Positions 7,963 through 16,579 of a stretch of 32,000 bases of DNA are shown in pieces. A model generated the notes under the pieces. It did no database searches. It was not told the DNA's origin and saw nothing but the letters and a program-made list of their open reading frames with translations. A program made the translations under genes and the position numbers. Position 1 is the stretch's first letter. Each line of letters opens with the position of its first letter. Source of the DNA: Opitutales bacterium (GTDB lineage Bacteria > Verrucomicrobiota > Verrucomicrobiia > Opitutales > PNEW01); the NCBI GenBank assembly GCA_965219535.1, contig CBDCNV010000001.1, positions 990,001 to 1,022,000 of the forward strand, written 5' to 3'.

Positions 7963-9657
7963 TCACACGCGGAAGATGGCACCCAGTTTTTTACCCATCA
8001 TGATGCTGGCCCCAAAAATTGTAATGCTGAGAAATACCATCGCCCATACCCCGAGTGCACTTGCTATATAGCGTCCGTCACCGAGAAAATGCATCAGCTC
8101 GTAAATAGATTTAGTAATGGGGTAATACTGGACCTTTTGCGCAAGAATTAATGAATCTGATACTTCCAACATGGCCTGTGAAAAGGCGAGGAGCGCCCCT
8201 GCCAGCAAATTGGCCGTAATGAGAGGAATGGTTATAAAGATGGCCGCTTTTATTGGAGCACAACCTAGACTTTGTGCGGCTTCCTCATAGGTTTCACTTG
8301 TTTGCTGTAGTCCAGCCACCGCAGAGCGAACGACTAAGGGAAGTCTGCGCACGGCGTAGGCTATGATGAGTAAAGCGGTTGGGTTTTCTACGGGATTAAT
8401 GAAATCGAACAACTTACCCTCCCGGCTCATCGCGAGATAGCCAAAGGCTATGACCAGACCGGGAACCGCCAGTGGCAGCATCGCCACCGCATCGAGAGCT
8501 TCTCTTCCGGGGAGTCGCGATCGCACCACAACGTAGGCAATGCTTATTCCCAGTATCATATTCAAAGCAGTAGCAGAGCTGGCATAAATTAGACTATTTT
8601 TAATTGATGGAAGCGTGAGGTTATGACCCAGGGCAAGCTCGTAGTTTTGTAAGGTCCAACTATGCGGTAGAATCGATTGATACCAGTCACTCGATAGCGA
8701 GAGCATGATTACTCCAAAGTGCGGTAGGAGAGAGATAAAAATAATTAAACTGAAGAAACCAAAGCTCAAAGTGGATCCAATTGGCCCCAGCTTTTTAGGT
8801 TGGGATTGAGCGCTTGCCTTCGCCATCATGGAATAGGTATCGCGACCGAAAAATCCCTTACCTAATGCGTAAAAGATTAAAGAAAAGATTAGCATAACTG
8901 TAACCAGGGCATAGGGGAAAGGATTCCCACCGATGTCTTTTATTCCATAAAATATTTGGACTGAGGTTAGACGACCATAGTCAAAGATGAGTGGCACCCC
9001 CAACTCGGTAAAAGACCAAATAAATACGATCGTGCATCCTGCGAATAAACCAGGACGCATCAAGGGCAGAGTAATTCGAAAAAACTTTTTGAATCCGCGG
9101 CAGCCTAAGTTTTCTGCTGCTTCTTCCATCGCGGGATCGATATTAGCAAGGGATGCGAGAGCATTTAAATAGAGGATCGGATATAATCCCAACGCAGTCA
9201 TCACCACGACACCCCAGAATTGTCCTTTCCCCAGCCAGTCAATCGTCTGTCCATCAGGTAAAAAACCTAAAAGATTTAGGAAGGCATTTAAGGCACCGTA
9301 CTGTCCCATAATTTGCCTGACACCAATCGCGCCGACGAAGGGAGGCAGCATTATCGGCAAGAGGATAAGCCCCATTAATAAAGTGCGTCCGCGGAAGACA
9401 AAACGGTCGGCGATTAAGGCCAGGGGAAGAGATATAAGCAAAGCGAGAAGAGTCGCATAAAACGCGAGCCCGAATGAATTGTAGAGCCCTTCCAGATATA
9501 AAGGGTTGGCAAACACCTCGAAAAAATAGGCGAGAGTAAAATGTCCATCAGCATCAACGAATGCACCTTGTAAGATCTGCCCGATCGGCCAGAAAAAAAA
9601 TAGAGCGAAAAATAAGATGCTTAATATGTAAATATTCGTCGCGACAGTCTTAGACAT
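7963..9657 (-). CDS. ABC transporter permease, fused two-domain type (FbpB/ThiP-like iron(III)/thiamine-class)
   Basis: 564-aa polytopic membrane protein with two internally similar halves, as in fused MetI-type permeases. No ATPase or binding-protein gene is adjacent. Confidence 0.8.
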   Translation of the reverse strand: MSKTVATNIYILSILFFALFFFWPIGQILQGAFVDADGHFTLAYFFEVFANPLYLEGLYNSFGLAFYATLLALLISLPLALIADRFVFRGRTLLMGLILLPIMLPPFVGAIGVRQIMGQYGALNAFLNLLGFLPDGQTIDWLGKGQFWGVVVMTALGLYPILYLNALASLANIDPAMEEAAENLGCRGFKKFFRITLPLMRPGLFAGCTIVFIWSFTELGVPLIFDYGRLTSVQIFYGIKDIGGNPFPYALVTVMLIFSLIFYALGKGFFGRDTYSMMAKASAQSQPKKLGPIGSTLSFGFFSLIIFISLLPHFGVIMLSLSSDWYQSILPHSWTLQNYELALGHNLTLPSIKNSLIYASSATALNMILGISIAYVVVRSRLPGREALDAVAMLPLAVPGLVIAFGYLAMSREGKLFDFINPVENPTALLIIAYAVRRLPLVVRSAVAGLQQTSETYEEAAQSLGCAPIKAAIFITIPLITANLLAGALLAFSQAMLEVSDSLILAQKVQYYPITKSIYELMHFLGDGRYIASALGVWAMVFLSITIFGASIMMGKKLGAIFRV

Positions 9658-9788
9658 AGCATATCGGTCTTGGGTTTAATGAGATTTAATAGGCGTTTTG
9701 CGACGGGTAAAGCCAGATCATTAAAGTTGATGAATCTTTTTTGGAACAAATGGCATCCAATATCCATCTTACTTCAATAATGGCATGA

Positions 9789-10064
9789 ATGAAATGTGAA
9801 ACGAAAATCAACGAGGTTGACCTTCAAACTTATAACACGAGTAGGGGATTAAATATGTCTAATAACACCTTACACCTGGATATTGTCTGTGAGCTTACAG
9901 GGCAGCTATATAGAGAAGTCGAACTACCTGCAGAAATTGTAGCCCCCTTACCGCAAAGCGTTAAAGAAAACGGCGTAACAACTACTGAATTAGCCAGAAT
10001 TATGATAAAACACCTCGCAAAGGATAGGGTGTCTTCAACGACCTCTGAAGTTAGCAGTGTGTAA
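9789..10064 (+). CDS. Hypothetical small protein
   Basis: 91-aa ORF (or 69 aa from the ATG at 9855, MSNNTLHL...) with no recognisable motif. It occupies otherwise empty space between a divergent promoter region and a convergent lipoprotein gene. Confidence 0.3.
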   Translation: MKCETKINEVDLQTYNTSRGLNMSNNTLHLDIVCELTGQLYREVELPAEIVAPLPQSVKENGVTTTELARIMIKHLAKDRVSSTTSEVSSV

Positions 10065-10147
10065 TATAACCTGTTCTATTGCGAAAATCACACCGGCATG
10101 AATTTACCCCGTAAAATCAACGGGACAGAAGATGAAACCTCAAACTA

Positions 10148-10438
10148 TCAGCGATCATCAATTCCATGATGAGGCTCGTAAATATTATCAGATTCGCGGG
10201 TACGTTCCAGTTCTTTAGCATGTCGCTCGTTGGTTTCTTTTACTTTTTGGAGAAACCCTTTAACGTTTTTCGTCTCCCCCGTGATAACAGAACCTAAAGC
10301 AGTTTCCTTGTCGACGGCGTCAATGGGAGCTTTAACACCATATTTAACCGTATTTACGGGAGCATTTATTGTTTTGCACCCAGCAATTATTAAAGGAACA
10401 AAAAACAAAAACAGGACAAACCTGTAAAGTTTCCTCAT
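10148..10438 (-). CDS. Small putative lipoprotein
   Basis: N-terminus MRKLYRFVLFLFFVPLIIAGCKT is a signal peptide plus a lipobox-like IAG|C. The mature part is charged and 96 aa total. Confidence 0.5.
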   Translation of the reverse strand: MRKLYRFVLFLFFVPLIIAGCKTINAPVNTVKYGVKAPIDAVDKETALGSVITGETKNVKGFLQKVKETNERHAKELERTRESDNIYEPHHGIDDR

Positions 10439-10738
10439 ATTTGTAAGATGTACCGAAAGCTTAGTTATTTCAATTTATATTCTTAAGATTCGAGCGTTTA
10501 ATTTAATATCCCAACTGCGATCATGTGTTATGATGCAGCTTTCAATTAATCTGAGAACCACCCGTAACGGGGATCGATTGATAGCTATTACCTTATCGTC
10601 GAGAAACACGTTAGGCTCAGCTTTTAAATAGTGCTGGATGAACGGCATTTGTTTTCATGACCATTTACTTACAGTTCTAAATGCTTTGTCTCGTATTCAT
10701 TTGAATTCTGTGCATCTAATTGACTTTATTTTAGTAAT

Positions 10739-11515
10739 TTGATGATAGCTAGATTGATAAGCGGGCTTGGTAAATTTGGTGTCCTGAGAATAGGCAGTGT
10801 CGGGCGCTCAAGTTTATTTCTTTTCGATAGCCTACTCAACCTGGTTTCCACGCCATTGAAATGGGGGAGGGTCCTCAAACAAATTGAGTTTATCGGGTGG
10901 CAATCGACAGGACTTATCTGTCTTACCGGTGCTTTTACCGGAATGGTGCTCGGGCTTCAGGGTCATAGTACATTATCAAGAGTCGGTTCGGAGACATTGC
11001 TTGGACCGCTGGTTGCGCTTTCTTTGATACGAGAGTTAGGTCCAGTCCTCGCTGCGCTGCTTATGACCGGTCGAGCTGGATCCGCGATCACGGCAGAGAT
11101 TGCTATTATGCGAAACAATGAGCAAATAGACGCTATTGAACTGATGGGACTGAATCCGTTACGCTATCTAGTCGTTCCCACTATTGTCGGCAGTGTCATC
11201 GCCTTAACCATCCTCACATGGATCTTCGACCTGGTGGGGATTTTTGGCGGCTACCTCGTGGGAGTGAAAATGCTTGGACTGCCTTCCGGCACTTACTTTG
11301 GCGAGATCAGCCGGTACTTGGAAATTGATGATATCATTGGAGGCGTATATAAATCGCTTAGCTTCGGGCTGCTTATTGCCTGGGTGTGTTGTTATAAAGG
11401 ATTTAATACCGGTTTCGGAGCGGAAGGTGCGAGCAAGGCCACTACTCAGGCAGTCGTCAACTCATCGGTCCTCATTCTCATATGGGACTATTTCGTCACC
11501 TCTCTTGTATTTTAA
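10739..11515 (+). CDS. mlaE: Phospholipid/toluene-tolerance ABC transporter permease MlaE
   Basis: 258-aa membrane protein with MlaE-typical segments (LIRELGPVLAALLMTGRAGSAITAEIAIMRNNEQIDAIELMG). It is followed by mlaF, mlaD and mlaC. TTG at 10739 or ATG at 10742. Confidence 0.85.
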   Translation: MMIARLISGLGKFGVLRIGSVGRSSLFLFDSLLNLVSTPLKWGRVLKQIEFIGWQSTGLICLTGAFTGMVLGLQGHSTLSRVGSETLLGPLVALSLIRELGPVLAALLMTGRAGSAITAEIAIMRNNEQIDAIELMGLNPLRYLVVPTIVGSVIALTILTWIFDLVGIFGGYLVGVKMLGLPSGTYFGEISRYLEIDDIIGGVYKSLSFGLLIAWVCCYKGFNTGFGAEGASKATTQAVVNSSVLILIWDYFVTSLVF

Positions 11516-11519
11516 GACG

Positions 11520-12266
11520 ATGATCGAAATTGATAATTTACACAAACAACTGGCGGGAAAAGATGTTCTCCGCGGTGTTTCACTTCGTGTTGAGAAAGGT
11601 GAATTTTTTGCGCTAATCGGCCAAAGCGGATGTGGAAAAAGTGTGCTCCTGAAACACATCGCCGGGTTATTGCAGCCTGATCGCGGACGTATTCTTATTG
11701 ATGGAGAAGATCTCTCAGCCGCTCGCGGGAGAGACCTTGAGCGCATCCGCAGTCGTTATGGTTTCGTCTTTCAAAATGGAGCTCTATTTGACTCCATGAC
11801 AGTTTACGATAACCTCGCCTTTCCGCTCCGAGAAAAGACACGCTTAAATGAAGAAACTATTAGGGAAAAGATTGCGCAGGGATTGGATGAGGTAGGTCTT
11901 AAAGAGGTAGAATCCGTATACCCGTCACAACTGAGTGGAGGCATGACAAAAAGGACGGCCCTCGCCAGGGCTTTGGTCATGGAGCCGGAGATCATTTTTT
12001 TCGATGAACCGACAACTGGGCTGGATCCAATCATTGCCAAAACAATTCTCGAATTATTTAATACCTGTCATGAAAAATTAAACCTGACGGGTATCATCGT
12101 GTCGCACCAGGTGCCGGACATTTTTCAAATTGTGCAAAAAGTCGGTATGCTGCATGAGGGAAAAATGATCACGGCAGAAATCAGGGATGGGAAAATTGAT
12201 ACCGATAATCCCATTATTCAACAGTTTGTGGAAGGACGGGTTGATGGACCGGTGCAGTATAAATGA
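11520..12266 (+). CDS. mlaF: Mla ABC transporter ATP-binding protein MlaF
   Basis: Walker A GQSGCGKS, signature LSGGMTKR, Walker B IIFFDEPTTGLD. The ATG at 11520 lies 5 nt after the mlaE stop. The track ORF start at 11274 overlaps mlaE and is rejected. Confidence 0.9.
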   Translation: MIEIDNLHKQLAGKDVLRGVSLRVEKGEFFALIGQSGCGKSVLLKHIAGLLQPDRGRILIDGEDLSAARGRDLERIRSRYGFVFQNGALFDSMTVYDNLAFPLREKTRLNEETIREKIAQGLDEVGLKEVESVYPSQLSGGMTKRTALARALVMEPEIIFFDEPTTGLDPIIAKTILELFNTCHEKLNLTGIIVSHQVPDIFQIVQKVGMLHEGKMITAEIRDGKIDTDNPIIQQFVEGRVDGPVQYK

Positions 12267-12321
12267 AGTTTATCTTTTTATTGTTCTTTTGAACTAACGT
12301 GGTTAAAAATAATTAATTAAG

Positions 12322-12768
12322 ATGAAAACAAAATCCGTCACCCTGGAATTCACAGTTGGAGTATTTATAATCATCGGTGTACTATGCCTCGGCTACCTCA
12401 GTATACAGCTCGCTAAAAAGGAGATATTTGATACTGGAAATTATACCGTCCACGCTTTTTTTTCAAACATCAGCGGACTTAGCCCTGGGGCACCAGTCGA
12501 AATTGCTGGTGTCGAGGTTGGGCGTGTAAAAAAAATCACCTTGGACGATTATGACGCGCACGTGCAAATTATAATTCAAGAGGAGATCCAGTTGCAAATG
12601 GATGTTATCGCATCGATCAAAACAAAAGGGTTATTTGGTGAAAAATATGTCGAAATTGTGCCGGGTGGAGACGAGGAGATTATTGAAGAAAATGGGAAGA
12701 TACGATATACGGAACCCGCTATGGATTTCGAAAGTCTCATTTCCAAATTCATCCATGGCAAGATTTGA
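12322..12768 (+). CDS. mlaD: MCE-domain protein MlaD
   Basis: An N-terminal TM helix is followed by an MCE-like core (F..NISGLSPGAPVEIAGVEVGRVKKI). Its position after mlaEF also supports the call. Confidence 0.8.
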   Translation: MKTKSVTLEFTVGVFIIIGVLCLGYLSIQLAKKEIFDTGNYTVHAFFSNISGLSPGAPVEIAGVEVGRVKKITLDDYDAHVQIIIQEEIQLQMDVIASIKTKGLFGEKYVEIVPGGDEEIIEENGKIRYTEPAMDFESLISKFIHGKI

Positions 12769-13384
12769 CCAGTATTTGCGTTTATTTATTTCTGTAATCA
12801 TTACGCACTGTTTCGTTTTTTTATCCGTTCAGGCCGGAGTGCCAACCGAGCAGGTAAGGGATTCAACGGACAAACTGCTCGCTGTATTCGAAGACCCCTA
12901 TTTCAGTGAAGAATCCAGGAGCGATGAAAGAAGAGAGAGAATTATCGAGGTTGCCGATGAGCGAATCGACTGGTACGCTCTCTGTCGAAGTTGCCTGGGC
13001 AGGCATTGGACAAAAAGAACCAATGAAGAAAAGAAAGAGTTTATCAACCTTCTTTCAGAGTTCCTGCAATATAATTATGCAAACCTCATTATCAATAACT
13101 TTACGAATCTCAAAGAAATTAAATATCTTAAGGAAAGAGTTGATGGGCGTTTCGCGTTCGTTCGCATCGAGATTATCGATAAAGAAGATATCAAATACCC
13201 CATTGGCTATCGCTTGATTAAGAAATCAGACAGTGACGACTGGGAAGTAATCGATATTAACATCGAGGGAGTCGGAATGGTAAAAAACTATCGCACCCAA
13301 TTTTATGACATAATCCGTAAATCTTCCTTCGACGAATTAATACTAAAAATTAAATCCAGAATCGAAAAACTGGATTTAGAATGA
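12755..13384 (+). CDS. mlaC: Periplasmic phospholipid-binding protein MlaC (Ttg2D/toluene-tolerance family)
   Basis: The ATG at 12755 gives a signal peptide (MARFDQYLRLFISVIITHCFVFLSVQAG) and overlaps the mlaD stop by 14 nt. Size and position fit MlaC. The longer track ORF from 12602 overlaps mlaD. Confidence 0.65.
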   Translation: MARFDQYLRLFISVIITHCFVFLSVQAGVPTEQVRDSTDKLLAVFEDPYFSEESRSDERRERIIEVADERIDWYALCRSCLGRHWTKRTNEEKKEFINLLSEFLQYNYANLIINNFTNLKEIKYLKERVDGRFAFVRIEIIDKEDIKYPIGYRLIKKSDSDDWEVIDINIEGVGMVKNYRTQFYDIIRKSSFDELILKIKSRIEKLDLE

Positions 13385-13481
13385 AGATTACACCGAGGTA
13401 TGTTTGTGCCTGGGAGATTCAGGCACAGAGAAGTAAAATCAACTTTACATTTCGTCTTTGCTCACAAATCGTTACCACAAA

Positions 13482-13571
13482 GGAGAGGTGGCAGAGTGGC
13501 CGATCGTGCCTGACTCGAAATCAGGTGGCGGGGCAACCCGCCCGGGGGTTCGAATCCCTCCCTCTCCGCCA
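13482..13571 (+). tRNA. tRNA-Ser (anticodon CGA), CCA encoded
   Basis: Acceptor GGAGAGG/CCTCTCC. Anticodon stem CCTGA/TCAGG with loop CTCGAAA, giving anticodon CGA. Long variable arm (TGGCGGGGCAACCCGCCCGGG). T-loop GGTTCGAATCC. Ends GCCA. Confidence 0.9.
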
Positions 13572-13576
13572 TTTCA

Positions 13577-13730
13577 ATTGCGGATTGCGGATTTACGATT
13601 GCAGATTGTATGGAGTAGCCACCAGTCGTCGCCAAGGCTATACCCGGCAGGCAAAAGGCACAAGAGATCATCGTTTAGAATGCTGTTTGGTAACCGCAAG
13701 GCACAATCCGCAATCGCAAATCGACAATCG
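13577..13730. repeat. Inverted heptad-word arrays flanking a ~95-nt core, immediately 3' of tRNA-Ser
   Basis: Left arm 13577-13608: ATTGCGG ATTGCGG ATTTACG ATTGCAG ATTG. Right arm 13704-13730: CAATCCG CAATCGC AAATCGA CAATCG. By hand alignment, about 22 of 27 positions of the reverse-complemented right arm match the left arm. Confidence 0.6.
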
Positions 13731-13740
13731 AGACGCTGGT

Positions 13741-14157
13741 TTAGCAGGAATTTAATTTATCCATTATGTTTTTGCTGTAATAGACATCTCCCGCGAGCAC
13801 GGTGTTTATAGCAGTCTTAAGCTCGTTAACGGAAGATGGTTTTTCAACAATTCCATCAGCCTTTTCGTCATAGGATAGTTTCGCGATATTCAGGATTAAA
13901 TACCCTGAGTGGATTATCACTTTAATCTCAGGACTTTTCTTTTTAATGACCGATAGAACTTCCAATCCGTTGATGTCGGGTAGCATAACATCTATGATCG
14001 CCAGGTCAGGTTTTAATTCCAAACATTCTTTTAAACCTTCCTGACCGGTCCCGCTGTAACCAATTATTTCGAAGTCGTCTAGTAACTTATCGATAATTTC
14101 AATCATCGATAAACGTACTACTTCTTCGTCTTCAATTATATATATTCTTTTAGTCAT
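13741..14157 (-). CDS. Response regulator, receiver (REC) domain only
   Basis: The acidic pocket IIEDEE, the phospho-acceptor context LAIIDVMLPDINGLE, and the conserved S (IIHSGY) and K-P (VEKPSS) are all present. The 138-aa protein ends right after the NarL/FixJ-like linker motif AINTVLAGDVYYSKNIMDKL, with no output domain. Confidence 0.85.
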   Translation of the reverse strand: MTKRIYIIEDEEVVRLSMIEIIDKLLDDFEIIGYSGTGQEGLKECLELKPDLAIIDVMLPDINGLEVLSVIKKKSPEIKVIIHSGYLILNIAKLSYDEKADGIVEKPSSVNELKTAINTVLAGDVYYSKNIMDKLNSC

Positions 14158-14394
14158 ACAGGTGATAAAGGGTCGACTGCTTAGATGAAAGTAGTGTAAT
14201 TTTTTATATCGTCAAATTCACAGTTGGCCTGATACCGGAAAACTGTATTCATACAGCGACATTTTAGCTGGGTGTTACGCATTGCTCTCAAGAGCTAATT
14301 ATGAATCTGTCGATGTTGATAGAGTAATAGTGGCTGTTTTCATTTACAAAACTGGCTGCTAAGATTATTTTTTTTCAGAATTAATTCACTTATT

Positions 14395-15375
14395 ATGAAG
14401 CAATCGAAAATTAAAAAAGCTTTTTGGGAAAACTTACCTAAGGGGTTTCATCATCGTCGTATTGGAACAAAGAAAATCGGAATTGAATGCTTCGTCTGGA
14501 AAGGGGAACCCGGTGAAGTGGTATTGGCTAACGGATCCACTCATGGAGATGAATATGAAGGCCCGACCTTTTTGATGTCATTAGTCAATACCTGGAGACC
14601 GCGTAATCTGCGCGGAACAGTTGTCGTTGTCCCCGTATTAAATGAAGAAGCATTTAAGGCGGGGGTAAGATGCCGTCCGGATGATGGTAAAGATTTATCC
14701 CGCGTTTTTCCGGGTAAAGTTAAAGGCAGCTCCACGGAGCAACTGGCGAATTTATGTCTTAATGAATTAGTCAGGCACAGCAATTACTGGTTCGATTTTC
14801 ATAGTGCTGGATCTTTTAACGAAATCGCACAGTTCGTCGGTTACTATACGCATCCCAACCGTACAGTGAATGCAGCTCAGGAAAAAATGGCTGCTTGTTT
14901 TGATCGCTACTGGCACTGGGCGTCCCCAGCTCTCCCGGGTCGCACTGCGAGTGCCGCTCACGAATTAAATATCCCTTTCAATTACACTGAAAGTCGAGGT
15001 GCGGGATTTATTATGAGTAAAGACCTGAAAATGCTCAGAGATGGATTCTTCGAATTTCTAAAAAGGTTTAACTTTATAAAAGGGAAGAAAAGGAAATTAC
15101 GCCGGCAGCCAACGAGAATCAGTAAACGAGCTCAAGAAACGTTTCTCCAAACCACCCACCTGGCACCCGCTACCGGTTTATTGAAATTGAAGGTTAAAGT
15201 GAGGGATACAGTAAGGAAGGGGCAGATTATTGGACATGTGCATCCCCTTGATGGATCACCTGTAAAAAGTATTAAGGCAGAAAATTCGGGAAAGGTTGCC
15301 GTCCTCAATATCAAAGGGACGACGCTGAAAGGTGGGCCGACAGTGACAATAGCGCCGGTAAAAGGGAAAATTTAA
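14395..15375 (+). CDS. Succinylglutamate desuccinylase/aspartoacylase (AstE/AspA) family Zn-dependent deacylase
   Basis: GSTHGDEYEG (H-x-x-E Zn ligands), DLSRVFPG and FDFHSAG motifs. The C-terminal beta-domain pattern (RKGQIIGHV...SGKV) is typical of the family. Confidence 0.8.
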   Translation: MKQSKIKKAFWENLPKGFHHRRIGTKKIGIECFVWKGEPGEVVLANGSTHGDEYEGPTFLMSLVNTWRPRNLRGTVVVVPVLNEEAFKAGVRCRPDDGKDLSRVFPGKVKGSSTEQLANLCLNELVRHSNYWFDFHSAGSFNEIAQFVGYYTHPNRTVNAAQEKMAACFDRYWHWASPALPGRTASAAHELNIPFNYTESRGAGFIMSKDLKMLRDGFFEFLKRFNFIKGKKRKLRRQPTRISKRAQETFLQTTHLAPATGLLKLKVKVRDTVRKGQIIGHVHPLDGSPVKSIKAENSGKVAVLNIKGTTLKGGPTVTIAPVKGKI

Positions 15376-15468
15376 GCGCGAGGGTAAAATACCTAGAAGC
15401 GATAATGGGATAAAGCGGTAGTCCGTTAAATCGCTTCACAATTATAGCTTTAATTGGATCGAGCGCTT
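15374..15468. repeat. Nested imperfect palindrome filling the gap between convergent genes
   Basis: Outer AAGCGC (15374-15379) pairs with GCGCTT (15463-15468). Inner perfect GAAGCGAT (15396-15403) pairs with ATCGCTTC (15430-15437). The left half uses GCG-containing 8-nt words (GAAGCGAT AATGGGAT AAAGCGGT). Confidence 0.45.
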
Positions 15469-15472
15469 GTAA

Positions 15473-16342
15473 TCAATTCTGAAAAACAGGTGGGATACCG
15501 CGAACGCTGATGCGGTAAAGCACGCGAACATCTTCCGGTCGAGGGAGTTCTTTCAATGGCGTAGCGGTGTGCATCGTTGAGGTTGTATCCCATAACGCGA
15601 TGTCATTTTTACGATACTTATGTTCGGTCACAAATCGACCTTGAAAGGCATGATTCCCGAGACCGAGGAGTAATTTCCTGGCTTCATCGACAGGCATACC
15701 CAAGATCCCCCGGCTCGTGCCGGCAATGGGGTAAAGCGTCTTTCTCCCCGTTATGGGGTGTTTTTTAACGAGAGGATGCACGATTTGAGGGACGTTGTTT
15801 AATTGATTTTCGCTTAGCGTCGGCGGACTTATATCACCTGGACGTGCGGCGATGCCTCTACCCCAAAGATGTTCTACCTCCAGAGAATCTATCTCTGTTT
15901 GTGTATCCTCAGGCAGAGCATTGTATGCACCCATTAAATCGCAAAAAAGCGTTTCGCCTCCTATTTCCGGTGCCTCAATGGAATAGAGCATGGTCGATGT
16001 AGCGGGTGCGGCATCATAGGATTGGTCGGTATGCCACTGGGCGGCGCCATTGCGAGGTTTATTGTCAACTTCATCCGTATTAGTGATTGTTAAAATATCT
16101 GGAAAATCTGACATTCGCACCTGATTGAGAACATGGCGAATCGGGTTGCCGCATCGTTTGCCGAATGCTAAATATTCCGCCTTCGTGAGCTTCTGATCGC
16201 GAATGACGACTAAACGGTTTTCATATAAAACGGATAAGAGTTTTTTAAATTCCTTGTCGTTGAATTCATCTGAAGCCACGTCAATATCCGTGACCTCGAC
16301 GCCAAAACTGCCCGGTAGGGGATAAACATTAAACGCGTGCAT
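15473..16342 (-). CDS. TauD/TfdA-family Fe(II)/2-oxoglutarate-dependent dioxygenase
   Basis: WHTDQSY (H-x-D iron ligands), GGETLF, and the distal WDTTSTMHTA histidine. The 289-aa length is typical of taurine-dioxygenase-like enzymes. Confidence 0.85.
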   Translation of the reverse strand: MHAFNVYPLPGSFGVEVTDIDVASDEFNDKEFKKLLSVLYENRLVVIRDQKLTKAEYLAFGKRCGNPIRHVLNQVRMSDFPDILTITNTDEVDNKPRNGAAQWHTDQSYDAAPATSTMLYSIEAPEIGGETLFCDLMGAYNALPEDTQTEIDSLEVEHLWGRGIAARPGDISPPTLSENQLNNVPQIVHPLVKKHPITGRKTLYPIAGTSRGILGMPVDEARKLLLGLGNHAFQGRFVTEHKYRKNDIALWDTTSTMHTATPLKELPRPEDVRVLYRISVRGIPPVFQN

Positions 16343-16444
16343 TTGCTTACTTTTATATAAGTAAAGGGAAGTGATTGGTTTTGCAAGCTCATGAAAACAG
16401 TATCTCAGTACGCTAGTACAAATTTATGTGAACATACAACAATG

Positions 16445-16501
16445 CAGCACGCTCCGCGTTCCACCTATATAGTGGTAGTTTATAAAAGGTGGAGCGGGCT
16501 G
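16445..16501 (-). terminator. Bulged stem-loop downstream of the 16580..17407 gene (candidate terminator or regulatory hairpin)
   Basis: CAGCACGCT (16445-16453) pairs with AGCGGGCTG (16493-16501) at 8/9 positions, and CCACCT (16461-16466) pairs with AGGTGG (16487-16492). There is a 7-nt bulge and a 20-nt A/T-rich loop. Confidence 0.35.
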
Positions 16502-16579
16502 TCCTCAGCGCGCTTCTTTTATCCACGTTGATAATTTAGTATATAAATGCAGAGGCGATGAACTCAGATTTGACTGATA

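Noticed and set aside
7670-8151. Track ORFs 7670..7912 (80 aa) and 7759..8151 (130 aa).
   Set aside because: The first lies entirely in the structured non-coding gap, with no start context or motif. The second runs antisense into the 3' end of the ABC permease gene. Both are treated as spurious.
9658-9788. Possible TPP riboswitch upstream of the FbpB/ThiP-like permease. The minus strand contains UGAUCUGG, reminiscent of the TPP aptamer.
   Set aside because: The other invariant aptamer elements (the CUGAGA bulge and the paired P2/P4 context) are not present. An 8-mer match alone is insufficient.
11274-11519. Long N-terminal extension of the mlaF ORF (track start 11274). Likewise the mlaC ORF extension from 12602 to 12754.
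   Set aside because: The extensions overlap the preceding mlaE and mlaD coding regions in another frame. The internal ATGs at 11520 and 12755 give canonical N-termini: an ABC ATPase start and a signal peptide, respectively.
13381-13811. Track ORFs of 124, 117 and 69 aa covering the tRNA-Ser gene and the heptad-repeat element.
   Set aside because: They read straight through a well-formed tRNA and through tandem heptads, giving repetitive translations. They are artefacts.
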